Below the pieces are notes generated by a model. That model saw only the letters and a list, made by a program, of their open reading frames with translations. It was not told the DNA's origin and made no database searches. A stretch of 54,767 bases of DNA, counting the filler, from Bipalium vagum (lineage: Eukaryota): assembly GCA_037834085.1 (NCBI GenBank). It is 3 parts of 3 records of this genome, joined end to end, with 100 filler letters (N's around TTAATTAATTAA, not from the genome) between each part and the next. Parts side by side here need not be neighbours in the genome. Positions count along the whole stretch, not along the records: positions 1 to 18,200 come from JBBMKC010036884.1; positions 18,301 to 35,790 come from JBBMKC010063493.1; positions 35,891 to 54,767 come from JBBMKC010016906.1. One strand, given 5' to 3'. Made by a program: the position numbers and the translations under genes. Below, one piece after another: positions 10,616 to 38,664 of the stretch. Every line of letters begins with the position of its first letter. Position 1 is the first letter of the stretch.

Positions 10616-11289
10616 AATTAAATAATGAAATATAAATTTATAAATTAATTATAAAACAATTATAAATTATTAAATGTATATATTATATTATTACAAGTAG
10701 TTATACATATTATATTATATTATAAATATGTTATTTATTCTGAAATATTAGTATATTTTTTATAAAAAATGGGATAATGCTTAATAATTAAGATATTATA
10801 GAATTTTAAAAATAGAAAAATAATTAGAAATATTATAGATATAGAATAGAGATCGATAAAATAGAAAAATAATTATATAATGTATAAAAATAGTAAAAAT
10901 AACAATATTTTTTTTAAAAATGTATAAAAGGTTATAAATTAAAGTTAAAAATAGGGAAGACATACTAAAAAATAATCATTACAAAAACGTGAAAAGTGAA
11001 TAGAACCAGCAGATTTTTACGAAAAAAATGAAAATGGAAAATTAGCAAACGAAAAATTAGAAACTTCAATCATACAAAATAACCTCCAATCATCTTGTTC
11101 CGGCAGACCGAACAAGAAATTGTTATGAACAAGAAAGAAAACAATCCTTATTAAAAAAAAGAAAGGGACGTTTAATTTCATAATAAAATAATAAAAAATA
11201 TAAATAATAAATATAATATAATAATATAAATATAAAATAAAATTATATATATATAATATTATAATATTATATTATATATATTTAATTAT

Positions 11290-11830
11290 ACACTTTTAAA
11301 AAAACATTTTCAAACACGCAAAATTTTATTTATACTACTATCTTGAAACATGTTTCGATCTCTTCTTTCAGATCTTCTTCAGTCAATTTTATTCTTCTTC
11401 AATGTCTATCTTCAAATGATATCACTATCGTGATTTTAAAATATTATCTACATTATTATTGGATAAAAGTAAAAGAACTTTTAATTCTAAAAACTTGAAA
11501 AATTCCATTTTTTAATATTAAATTAAATTTTAGAATTATTAATTAAAGAAAACATTAATCATCCATTGATTTTGTGAATTAATTTCTGGTTTCAGTTTTT
11601 TACTTAATAATGATTCGCATATTTTTAGTTTCTTCATTGTTATCAAAGTTGGTTATTACTACAGTAACTTATTTTCATTGGTATAATTATTTCCTTCTCT
11701 TTCATTGCAACTAACAATATGATCCAACAATTTTCTTGTTCTAGGTTTTTGAGAATGCTCACTAATTCGTGTCTTTAGGTGAAGTTGTGTCTATGTTGTC
11801 CTATGTTGTCCCCTATGTATAGATGACTAC
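11290..11830 (-). mobile_element. Penelope-like element 3' end (GIY-YIG endonuclease and pLTR)
   Basis: YIG...HLKTRISEH...LLDHIVSC...NFDN...ICESLL...KPEIN, followed by a 3' UTR containing a hammerhead. Related copies at 40540-40945 and 45400-45850. Confidence 0.8.
11343..11386 (-). ncRNA. Minimal type I hammerhead ribozyme
   Basis: Minus strand reads TTGA-CTGAAGA-A-GATCT-gaaagaag-AGATC-GAAA-CATG-TT-TCAA: full core, 5-bp stem II, palindromic CATG stem III and 4-bp stem I. Confidence 0.85.
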
Positions 11831-12199
11831 TTATATATAATTAAATTAAAGTGTTTTGAAAACAAAATAAAGTTGACTTAATTAATAAATAAAATTATTG
11901 ATTTAACTTTATTATCATAGGAACAAACTTTTTTAAAGTCAAAACAAAGCTTAGCATAACTAATTAACTAATTAAAGGCACAAGTTAGAACTTGAAGATC
12001 AAATAATTTTTTTAATTTCTACTTCTTAATACTTTATATTTTTGTTCATTGTTTCGCACGCTAAGTAAAGGGGTGAGACAATTTTTTTCTTCATTGATGA
12101 CCTCTGAGTCTAAGAGCTAGAGGATTTCTCAACCTAAATAAAAATACAATTTAAAAAAGAATTTTTACCAAGGACGATAGTTACTAATTTGTAACAATC

Positions 12200-12780
12200 T
12201 TTTTTTATAACAATTGACTAAATTTTTATTTATTTAAACTAGTTTTTTCCAGCTTTTTTAATTGAACACGTAAGTAAAAGCCACCTTCATACGTTAAGTC
12301 CAATTCCATTAGCTCCACAATTTTTAGAAACTTAAAAAATCCAAGAAACACAAAGATTATAAGTCTAGGTGGATACCATTCATTGGGTCCATTCTTCTAA
12401 GTATACTATTAGGTCTTGGTATTTCTCCTGGTTAATTCTCCAAGTATTGTCATTTAAAATATTAAACTTTATTTGCATTAATTCAAAGCACTAAAGTTTT
12501 ATTTTCTATAGTATGACTCTTCTGATCAAAGATGACAGTGTGAAAATGTTAACCACTCTATTCTTCAGATGTAAACTTAAACTAAATAAACTCTATATAT
12601 TGATCTTCTGAGTAGGTTGAAGAATTTGGCTCTGAATATAATACATAATCTCTAGGTTATGCTTTATTATCTGATCTAAATAATTCTTTTTTTCTGATCT
12701 TGTGGTACACCGAGATACATATAATGGTTGTCTTTGTCGATCAGGGATACAGACTCCTCTTTAATTTGATCATCAATTTT
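12200..12780 (-). mobile_element. RLE-type (R4/Dong-like) non-LTR retrotransposon fragment
   Basis: Contains EESVSLIDKDNHYMYLGVPQ (RT YxYLG) and DNTWRINQEKYQDLIVYLEEW (restriction-like endonuclease KYxDL), with internal deletions. Confidence 0.5.
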
Positions 12781-13620
12781 ATTATATGATGAGAAAATAA
12801 TATTCACATTTTATAATAAAATATATATATAGATATAAACCTTCCCCAAGAGTAATGTAATTTAAGTCACAATCTCCTCTAAAACCACCTAATATATAAC
12901 TCTGATATGTAACCATTGTCTTTAATATTTATATTTAATACTAAAATCAACGCGTACCCCTTTTGAAACCTAGAGATTACACATGGAGTACTTTTTGTTA
13001 TAAAAAATAGATCAATACTTAAAATACAATTGTGTTTGATGATTTTATTCTGTTTTATTTTCCTTACTTGAAATATCACTTAAACCTAAAACTCTATTTT
13101 TGATCCCTAAATAGTAAGTTCTTATAAATTGTTATTTTTGAATCTTCTTTTCCGAATATTGTAACACATCGAAATTTGGGAAGTTGCTGAATATTTTAAT
13201 ATTTTTTAGTTATTTACTGAAAAGAAATTTTAATGTTATCATTTGAAATAATTTTAAGCAGACGTATTTTACAAAGCTCAGCTTAAGATAAACTAAAAAA
13301 ATCTTTAAATCATTTCATCTAATTATTTTAAATCAAGGGTCAATAAAAATTTATTTATGAGACTTTTGACCTTATTAAATATCAAAATTGGAGTCTGAAT
13401 TGAATTGAACAAAACAAAATTCAAAGTTCTGAGTTGGATATTATCATATATCCTATTTTAATACCTGACATTTCATATAAAATTAATTTCTTGTAATTTT
13501 TTTTTCAAAAATTTTTATAATGGGTACTTTTTAAATGTAGACTAAAATAGAAAGCCGTAAAAAAATTTAAGTACGTTTGCTACATTCTGATCTCATTGTT
13601 TAGCACTGAAATTCAATACG

Positions 13621-13640
13621 ACCAATGAAAACATGGCGTC
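13621..13640 (+). promoter_or_regulatory. Candidate promoter elements: CCAAT box and YY1-like AACATGGCG
   Basis: ACCAATGAAAACATGGCGTC lies about 480 nt upstream of the stathmin-like ATG. Motif match only. Confidence 0.3.
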
Positions 13641-14118
13641 CAATTAACTCAGTTCACGAGGTTAATTTCCACACAGACCCCAAAGATAACCTGCTATAAT
13701 GTATAACCTGTTTTAATTTCTTAATTTACATATAGATTCGTGAAAAAAATGTAAATATGTCAAAAAGACATTTTTTTAAGGAAGTCAATAGAGGATCACC
13801 CCATTTTTCGAACAATTTTGACATGTATTAATAATTAAACGTAAACTTAAAATACTTATACATAAAAGAATTTATTATTTACACGACATCTAAAATGGTA
13901 ATAATTATTTATTGTTTATTTATATTATCATTTTAAGATTTTTGTGCATCTTTATTAATTTATATATTTAAGTATGTTAGTACATATTTATAATACAAAT
14001 TTAAGCGGTATCTTATAACTAATTATTGTTTATTTGTAGTATCATAATAAGATTTATTTTTCTTAATAAAAAGAAATCATTAGGAATCTATATCTTTACA
14101 TATCTCTTCAATTTAGAA

Positions 14119-16598
14119 ATGAGCGAATTGAATACGTCATGTCCGTCATTGTCATATGTTATAGATCTATCTTCAATGGAGATTTCTCCTTTATATAAAG
14201 GAACAAGTGATTCAAATATAAAATCTAGTAGCTGTAATAGTTCATTCATGGACAATAATTTTTGTGATTCCGTATCAGGCCAAGGAGATACATCGATATC
14301 GAAAAAAACCCAGGAATTATTTAAAAAAGTTAATAGAAATCCACTAAGCAAAGATGATATTGAAAGAAAGCTTAAAGAAGCTAATGACAGAAGACGATCC
14401 ATATTGAATGTTACTTTTTTATTATTATAAGGAAATTATTAATTTTGATCATATCGAAATTTTAGGACAAAAAACGTAAAAGCGAAATGGAAATAAATAA
14501 AATTTCAATGGGAATCGAAACCAGGTCGAAACAAATCAACGAGATAATAAATAAGATGAAAATTGAAATAGAGGAAGATATTGCAACGAAATTGGAAAAA
14601 CGTAAACAGTTTTTATGCATGGAACAAATGAAAGCAAAGAGAGAAGTTTGGAAATTCTATTTGTTTATATCCAGAATTTGAAGACATTTTTAAATAAAAT
14701 TATAATTTAACCTTTCAAAAATTATTTGTATAATCTTACAAAAATATGGTAAATGGGTTTTAGTTTATAACTAATTCAATATATTATTGTCACATTATGC
14801 ATTTTTCATCACCGGTTATCAACCATTTAAGCAATGGTTCCATTTCATGACGTTTCAATAAATTTTCACAAACGGAAATTCGGTCATTAAAGTTTTTTTC
14901 CGATAAATTATGAGGCACCCAGATATCCGGGCTAAAAGGTGAATGCGGAAGAATTTCGATCCCGTCGAATTCTGAACTTGTTAGCGTCTTCTTTACTCTG
15001 TGAGGTTTAGCATTATCATAGTGGAACAAAACCCTTTTTCGATGAACCAGTATGATATGTTTTGCTTAAGCTTTTCCAAGACTCGGCTTAGCTGTTTACA
15101 ATATAGATTGGAGATAATAGTACTGCCATCGATAATAAGTTCAAAATGATGCGCACCCTTTGAAAATCTATCAAACACAGATCATTACTTTCTTACCGAA
15201 CCGATTTTGTCTTGGGACTGAAGAAGGAGTTTTACTTCTCGGAACCCATTGCCTTTGGTGGCTTGGATTTATCAAGTATATCCATTTTTTATCAAACGTG
15301 ATAATGAATTCCCAGAATCGAACTTCCATGGGATTCTGCAGTAAGTGGCGGCAAATTTAAACGAGTCGTTTGACTTGTAATTCGGTCAGCTCATATGGGT
15401 CTTGACAAGCATAATCGAGGTTATGCATGTGCCACAAAACTATTTGGTGATTCACATTAAACATTGCTCTCAAATCACGACTGTTAGATGACACAATTAA
15501 GATGGCTAAGCAAGTCCTTATTATCTAACTGTGATGGTCGACCACAACGAGGTTTTACTTCCAAGCTAAGGTCACCAGTTTGAAACTTTTGTACCAACGA
15601 GATACAGCTGTATCGTGGGCTGTTCTTTCACTTTCGAAATCGCATATTTGCAGTTTCCCTGGTAAAAAATCCGCGCTTCTAACAAAGAATTCACAATTCA
15701 TTTTTATTCAAAGTCATCTAAAATTATTTATTTATTAATATAATTTTATTAAATGGTTTACTTATATCTTAAGAAATTTTAAAAATCAGGTTAATGAAGA
15801 TAATGAATTAAGAATATTTAAACAAGTAGTGCTCAAATATTATTACTGATTAGATTTAATATTACTAATATTCTAATATTTTGTAAGTGCTGCAGATTTT
15901 TTGTCTCAACCTATTAATTTATAGACTGAAACCTAAATTCAAATTTATTCTGTAAATTTTGTGGTCGTACATTGTCCTTTTATATTCTTCGTCAGTAACG
16001 TAAGTCTACTTAACTAGTTTTTTGCAATTTCTTTCATCCATACCATTCAGATAATTTTCCTATTGTAAAACGTCGTAAACGAAACAGCAATTGTAATCGT
16101 AAATTTATATATTGCCTACTATATTATATATATATTATTTATTTCTTTGCTTATTTAGAAACTTTAAAAATATTATATTTGTAATTAAATTTTTAATTCT
16201 TGTATGTTATATATTCTTGTTATGAAAAATTGAAGATTTTTTCTTATATCTATTATAATAAATTATATATATAGCTAAATTTTTTATATTTTATTTTATA
16301 TAATAATAATTATGTAATATAATATAATAATAATAATAAAATAAAATTTTAAGATTGAAAAGGTTGAAGGCGCTAAAAAAGCTATCCAGGAAAGATCATT
16401 TGAGGAGCAAATAAAGAGATTTAATAATGATATGGAAAAAAAAGAGAATCTAAGATTTCGCAGGATCTCTAATATTGTGGATAACTGTAAATCACATGTA
16501 AATAGATAATTGTTGTTAAATTCTATAAACTATTCTTTGAAATTTAGATTGATCATGTTAAAAGCATCCGTGAGAAACGAAAATCACAAAACTGCTGA
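14119..16598 (+). CDS. Stathmin-domain protein; exons 14119-14409, 14466-14645, 16354-16497, 16548-16598
   Basis: All introns are GT-AG phase 0 and give one open frame. SYVIDL plus LSKDDIERKLKEANDRRRS matches the stathmin SLEEIQKKLEAAEERRKS repeat. It continues as a long coiled coil and ends RKSQNC*. Confidence 0.8.
14790..15915 (-). mobile_element. Mariner remnants (two fused pieces) in the stathmin intron
   Basis: TIR-like TAATAGGTTGAGACAAAAAATCTGCAG at about 15889-15915. Motifs FHYDNAKPH and HSPFSPDI, then a second piece WVPHNL...LITGDEKCI. Confidence 0.88.
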
Positions 16599-16914
16599 AG
16601 ACTTTGTTTCTTGTTGTTGTTTCTTATTAGATATCTTGAGTGTTTAGATTTAGATAGATTTAAATGTTTGTCCTATGATAAGTTTGATTTATTCTTGAAA
16701 TTATCATTTTAAATTTGAAAATTTTATATATATTATCTATGTCACATATTTCTGCAAAATATCATATTTATGTTTACAAGGTATATTTGTCAATTAATCA
16801 TACAATAAAGATACTTAGAAATGTGCTTTAAATTTTATGAATATATATAAATTTAGTCTAAAAATTGATTCATATTTTTAATAGGTATAATTAGATAAAT
16901 TTTTTATATAAAAA

Positions 16915-17600
16915 ATCCTCGAAGGTTCATGAGGAAATGGTCGGCGAGCTTCATATTTCGAGAAAACCTGTTCGTTGTGTGGTTAAAAGAGATGGGAATA
17001 TCTTTTGAAATTTAGAAATGTTCATTCTCTTACGAATACCGACGTAAGAATGACTTGACAGAAGTCACTCGTTGATAAGGCAGTTTGAAGCTCATGGGGT
17101 TGACACAGTTTTTTACTCTGACGAAGAGATTTTCAGAATTGAATAGTCTTTTAGCCGTCAAAATGACATAGTTCTTACTCGTAATGTATCAAAGATGCCA
17201 GAAGATATCAAAAACATCCGCCGAATTCAAAGCTCAGGAGTGTCAGCAACAGAAAAACGTCCATTGGATTTTGTACCCATTAATGCTCAAAATCATAAAG
17301 AATACATTCTGGAGCCAGCTGTGAAGAACAAGATATGTTACAAGGAGGTCAACTTTCGTTCCAATAAGATGGAGCATCAGGTCACACTTTCAGATGAACA
17401 CAAGAGTGGCTCCGGAACAATTTTTCTAGCTTTCTGAAAAAATAAGAATGGCCTCCTTCCAGCCCAGTATTGGAGAAAAATTCGTGCAGAAATTCTCATT
17501 CAACTGTGTAAAAGTTAAAATGAACATTGAAACGAAAATGGACTAAACTACCAATGGGTGTGGAGCGTACAGCGGTTGAAAGTAGTATGGAATACCAGTC
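16915..17600 (+). mobile_element. Tc1/mariner superfamily (DD37D/maT-like) transposase pseudogene
   Basis: Motifs FYSDEEIFRIE, RQND, GVSATEKRPLDFV, INAQNHKEYILE, FQ*DGASGH, TQEWLRNNF and EWPPSSP. Confidence 0.8.
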
Positions 17601-18200
17601 TTTGAGGACAGAACTCAGAAAACGTACTTTTTGCTTATTTTTTTGCTCGATATCGCTCACTAAAAGTTAAAATGCATATTTTACTCGCAGACACTTGCAA
17701 AAAATAATTATAAAAAAGTGTTCTTTCCTTTAAGACTGGTTTTTCCTAGTACATAAAAATTATTATTTTTATATTTTTTACATGTTTTTATAAGTGTGCA
17801 GTAGTAGTATATACATAAGTGTAAGGTACGGTAAGAAATATTAGTACGATACCATACTTTACCATAAGTAGTAGTATTTTGTATTTTCATATTTTTATAA
17901 TATGTGGTATATGTATACAACATAAAAATATTTATTCTATTTTTCATATTTTTATATTTTTCAAAAAAATAAAAATAAAAATATTAAAATAATTAAAGTC
18001 AAATTATTTTCTAAAAAATGGAAAATCAAACAAAAATATCAAAATTCCCAATAGACTTAAATAATCTTACTGTAGAACTGTTAAGGTTGACCTACTAAGA
18101 TGGTTTAACAAGAACTGAATTACGATTTTAGGTCACTTAACAAGATTACGACTCTCAGAAGGAATTACGGATGAACGTAGGGAACACTACTGACACAATA

Positions 18201-18300
18201 NNNNNNNNNNNNNNNNNNNNNNNNNNNNNNNNNNNNNNNNNNNNTTAATTAATTAANNNNNNNNNNNNNNNNNNNNNNNNNNNNNNNNNNNNNNNNNNNN
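18201..18300. other. Artificial scaffold linker N44-TTAATTAATTAA-N44
   Basis: Exactly 100 nt with a six-frame stop 12-mer at 18245-18256; identical to the linker at 35791-35890. Confidence 0.95.
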
Positions 18301-18569
18301 ATCGATTTCATTTACTTTTTATTTTTATATTTACATAATATTTATTAATACGCACGAACTTATGGACTGACCTAATAGTTTGGTATGGGGTGTAGATATC
18401 AGAAAATTAATTAGAAATTTTGTGCAATGCCAAATCTGAATATCATCATTTTTCTTTTCAAATTATCATTTGATTATTAAAATTATTTAAACAAATCAAA
18501 ATTTATTTAATGTTTTAGAGTTAATAAAAAGTAAGACTTCGCAAAGTTCTAATATAAATAAAATAATCA

Positions 18570-33972
<15,403 letters not shown>

Positions 33973-35735
33973 CTACACACCATTCTTATTAAAAAAAATA
34001 AAACAATATATTTAAAACAGTAAAACATTTTTGTCTTCACATTAGATTTGAATAGATCAATTAACATTTAAAATAATTTATTTGTTTAAATATAATAAAA
34101 ACTGTTATTCATTTTAGTCAAATATTTCAAATAGTTTTCTAAAAGCAACATCCATGACAATTAGCTACTTGACGTTAAAGAAAGAACCAGTCTTTTGTTG
34201 AATACTTTCATAATTTAATTTCTTTTCATTATTTTAAATAAAAATAAATAAATAAATTCATTTAAAAATATTTTTAATTATAACAAAAACAAATGTCAAT
34301 TATTTTTTTAAAAATAAAAAATTCTTTCACAAGCTAAACATTGAAAAATTAGTTAAAGCTCCTTAAATTATGAAGATTCAATCGATTTAACGATGATAGA
34401 ATAATCAATATTCTCTGAAGTCTAAAAGAGTTGAGAATTAAAAATTCTAAGCCATTACGCTTCAATGAATTATTCTGTCAAAACTCTACAAATAATCATA
34501 ACAGAAATTTAATCGTATTGTGATCATCCAAAAGGTTTGAAAAGAACAAAGAAATTTCATTGAGAAAGATCATTTCAACAACCTTATACAGGGCGGCTTT
34601 TATGTTCAATTTCGCTATCTTCAAAATTATTAATATTTGAAGTCTTGACATTGAGATTTATCGATTTAACCATTTTTAGTATCATAATTATTATATTTCG
34701 TAAATAAATAAAAAATTCTTTCAAATGAAAAAAATACCAATACTGTTTTAAAAATGAAAATAAAATATTTGTCTAAATTCATTTTTGATGTTTTCATTTT
34801 CTTTAAGAACTTAATTAAGAAATATATATTATTCCTTGAATTTTCATTAATGAATCAAGCTTTTTAATGGTTTAACAATTTTTTTTAGTAATCCTTGTGA
34901 ACTAATTTTTTCTAAATGTAATTTTTAATTATTTTTAATTGACTTTATAATAAATCCATATAAATCTTCCATTCATTTTCACACACCATCCCAAAACACA
35001 GTTTCACTGTCTCTGGAATTTTAAGGCATTCAATTATCCAAAACATATATCCATTTATAAGTCTTTATTCACAAAAATCCCACAAAGGAAACAGAAAAGG
35101 AATTTAATGTTTTTCGTTCTATAAAGGAAATCTAATTGCAATTCATCTCTCACATTCCCAATCAACTTTATCTCGTATTTCCTACAAAACAAAAATATAC
35201 CGTTTAATAATAATACACTTACTTTCCTTCTTACAGATCATTTTTCAGATCCAACTGAGCTCTTTTCGAATATTATACTAATTTTGTAAAACTTAACTAA
35301 ATACAAATATAATTAATTATAATTAATTAGTTTTTGAGATTCATGCATCATGTAACACACACCATCAATAAATAAATAGTATCAACTAAATTAATTAGGA
35401 TATCAATAAATTTTCCATTTTTTATAGATTAATAATTATTTTATAATGAAAAAAATAGCGAAATTGAAAAAAAGAACCGTCATATAAAGATTTACTATTT
35501 TTTATTAATATTTATTTTTTTCAATAAAATTCTTTAAAATTACAATTGGATTGTCAAACTGAATGGGACAAAAATAATAAATACATATTATTGATGTAAA
35601 ATATTATTTATTATTTTAAATGATTTTATATTCACAATGACTATCCAATTCCAATATTTGAAGTATCATGACGATATATTAAAAATGATCTTGATGAAAC
35701 ACAGGGATATTAAGATGAAGTGAAGTTTAAATTCA

Positions 35736-35749
35736 TTAATAACAATAAC

Positions 35750-35790
<41 letters not shown>
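35736..35790. repeat. (TAA)n microsatellite at scaffold end
   Basis: Seen directly. Confidence 0.9.
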
Positions 35791-35890
35791 NNNNNNNNNN
35801 NNNNNNNNNNNNNNNNNNNNNNNNNNNNNNNNNNTTAATTAATTAANNNNNNNNNNNNNNNNNNNNNNNNNNNNNNNNNNNNNNNNNNNN
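35791..35890. other. Artificial scaffold linker N44-TTAATTAATTAA-N44
   Basis: Same 100-nt structure as 18201-18300. Confidence 0.95.
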
Positions 35891-35999
35891 TTATTATAAT
35901 TACTACTATTATTATTATAAAACATTAAATTTCAATCAATTTGTAAAAATCTAGTTGTAGTTTTTAACTGATTTTACCCCGGTAAAAGAGGTCTATATA

Positions 36000-37870
36000 T
36001 ATGGATAATTTTGGGATCAACAAGTTTAGTTTCTTAAGTTTTCAAGGATAACAAGAATAATGATCATCCATTATGTGACAGTTTAGCTTGAAATAACAGT
36101 CACCCTAATCAAAAGTCGTAAACAACTCTTCAGTTCCGCACAGCCACTGGACCTGTCATCGTAAGTCGGAATTACTGTTTTCTAATTTTCTAAAGGCCAT
36201 AAGAGAAAGACATTGATACAATCAGGATCTGTTCTGGATTAAGTGGACACTTGGAAATCTTAGTTTGGATTAAATAATTTTTCTCTTCGTTTATTATAGG
36301 ACAGAATTATGTTGGTTATGTGGAAAAGAAATATTTATTATGAGAAGCCAAAAATTCTGAATATTTGCTGAAAAAAAAAGTAAAAGATCTCTAAAACAGT
36401 TTTAATAATAATAATAATATATGGTATACCTTGGTATGATCTAACTATTCTTTAAGGTTTTGTAAGTCAATGTAAAAATAAATATCCTAGCTAAAGAATG
36501 AAGATAAATCATCAGAAATACTTATAAAAACATCATATGATACAGCTTTACAACGTACTTTACTACGTAGTTTGTCGATACGAGGCTTTTGAAGCTTTTG
36601 TTGTAATAACTCTGGTTTCACCACCTATTTTGACATTGTAAAGTTTTATTTTGACATCTCTAATAATATCATAATAAACAAATCATAAGTCGAATCATAT
36701 GACAAAAATATTTTTTTCACGAATAATTTCTTTATTAAAACAAATTGGAATGTAAGAAGCCACATTCCGATCTTCACTTGTAATTAATCGTGATCCTTGA
36801 TTCATCAATTCTATTAAATCTTCCTCATTATCAGGTCTTTCCCTTTTAACACATTTTTTCCACTTGGAAAATAGATTTTCGATGGGGTTCAAGAAAGATA
36901 AATAGAAAAGTTAAAACATAATAACAATCAACCTATTTTCTTCAACTAATTTTTTTATTCTTTTACTTTGGTCGAACGGAACGGTATGCATTATTAAGTC
37001 GATTTTTAATGATAATTGGTTTCTAACATGCCTATTAGTTTTTCAATGTATGGATAAATCCATAAGTTCTCATTGAAAGGAATCGTTGTGCAGAATCATA
37101 AAATAATGACTCACGATTCATTACATAACACGTGGAAATATTTCTTGGTCTTAAAGAAGGAACTATTTCTAGGAATGTTATCAGACTGGGAGAATTTTAA
37201 CTTTGATTTGTATTTCCACAAATATAAACCAAGAAAGTCTCCGTGATGCTCTGCTGCTTAACAATTCTTTGTTAACAATTGAAGAAAACCGAGGTCTTAT
37301 CACTTTTCTCCAATAGGCCTAACAGGGAAATATGGTGAAATATACAGAAATACTGTAAAGGGATAAAAAAAAATATTATGAGAAGAAAAATTCCTTTGCA
37401 AAAACCTTTCAGTGTTTCTCATTATCGTTCTTCAGTACAAATGTGTCATTAATTTCCAAAATAAATTCCGAGTCGCCAAATCACTGAAAATCTAATGGAA
37501 AGCTCAATGAAAAGTTGGCTATAGCTCTTATGTAAAATACTTTAAAGTTTATTTGTTTTAATATTCTCTAGGCAATTTTAGACGCTTGTCCAATGACTTA
37601 AATTCTGTAATAAGTGATTGACTTCTCTAAATATTTATGCCATGTAGACTTTTAGAAAGACAAGCAGCAGAGGTCTGTTTACAAGTGGAAATCATTTTCG
37701 CAATAGTTAAGGTCTTCTGAAATGTAATGATGTTTGGTTCCATCTTTTATCCTTCCAATTCATCCTTGCTATCCGAAATTCATTCATTTTTTTGATTTTT
37801 GATATTTTATTCATTCGGGATCTGAAAATACAAATGACACATGGCAGATTTTTTCAGGCCAGTCTCCCAC
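36000..37870 (-). mobile_element. RLE-type non-LTR retrotransposon remnant interrupted by a Tc1-like insertion
   Basis: Degenerate YIRAIANFSLSF (LNxxNKxxAIN region) and HN..VL...STLIQNR.PD (RLE NRPD motif). Confidence 0.45.
36605..37180 (-). mobile_element. Tc1/IS630-like (DDE_3) transposase pseudogene, 3' part with TIR
   Basis: LRPRNIST, FLNPIENLFSKWK and YIPICFNKEII, followed by a terminal repeat at about 36605-36660. Confidence 0.8.
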
Positions 37871-38535
37871 AGTTCTTGAAAAAATATGTGAAATTATACA
37901 CTATTTATTCTGTTGTGATCTCTTTGGGATAAGAATAAAAAATAGTATTAATAAAATTATAATAATAATACTAATAATAGTATAAACCTTTTCATCATAA
38001 TAACATGATTAAAAAAAAGATATATGAAAAATGTTTTATTACTTTTATTTTATCTCCATCCCGGGGCAATCAAAACAACTTTAATCTATGAACTCAGATA
38101 TGCATTTACAAAAATTTTCAAATATTAAGAAAAATAAAAAAATATTAATAGAAATAAAAAAAAAGAAAAAACCTTGTAAAACGTATAGGATTAATGAATC
38201 GAAATAATTATTTGTAATTATTTCCATTTAAGTAATAAAAAATAAGTATTCTTTTATTCATTATTTTTAAAACATAATGGAAAATAAAATTAATTATAAT
38301 TTTCAATTTAACGTGTACCATTTATTATGTTCGGTAATCTTAAAAAAGAAATGTTTTAATAATATTTAATCACAATTTTATAATGATTATTTGCATTTGA
38401 TTCTTAATATTTCTTAAATTATACATGTTTTGTTTTACTGAACAAGGAAATTAATATAAATTTATTCAAGCATAAACATGGTTATGTTTCTATTAACAGC
38501 AACATTGGAATGATCTTACTTTTAGCTAATTAAAT

Positions 38536-38664
38536 NNNNNNNNNNNNNNNNNNNNNNNNNNNNNNNNNNNNNNNNNNNNNNNNNNNNNNNNNNNNNNNNN
38601 NNNNNNNNNNNNNNNNNNNNNNNNNNNNNNNNNNNNNNNNNNNNNNNNNNNNNNNNNNNNNNNN
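38536..38664. other. Assembly gap (129 N)
   Basis: Run of N without a linker motif. Confidence 0.95.

Noticed and set aside
10696-10701. AGTAGT as a Polinton terminus
   Set aside because: Wrong orientation for a right end, no matching TIR near 4.5 kb, and separated from the viral ORFs by a Penelope RT fragment.
18245-18256. TTAATTAATTAA palindrome as a biological element
   Set aside because: It is centred in exactly 44+44 N at two places, so it is an artificial six-frame stop linker.
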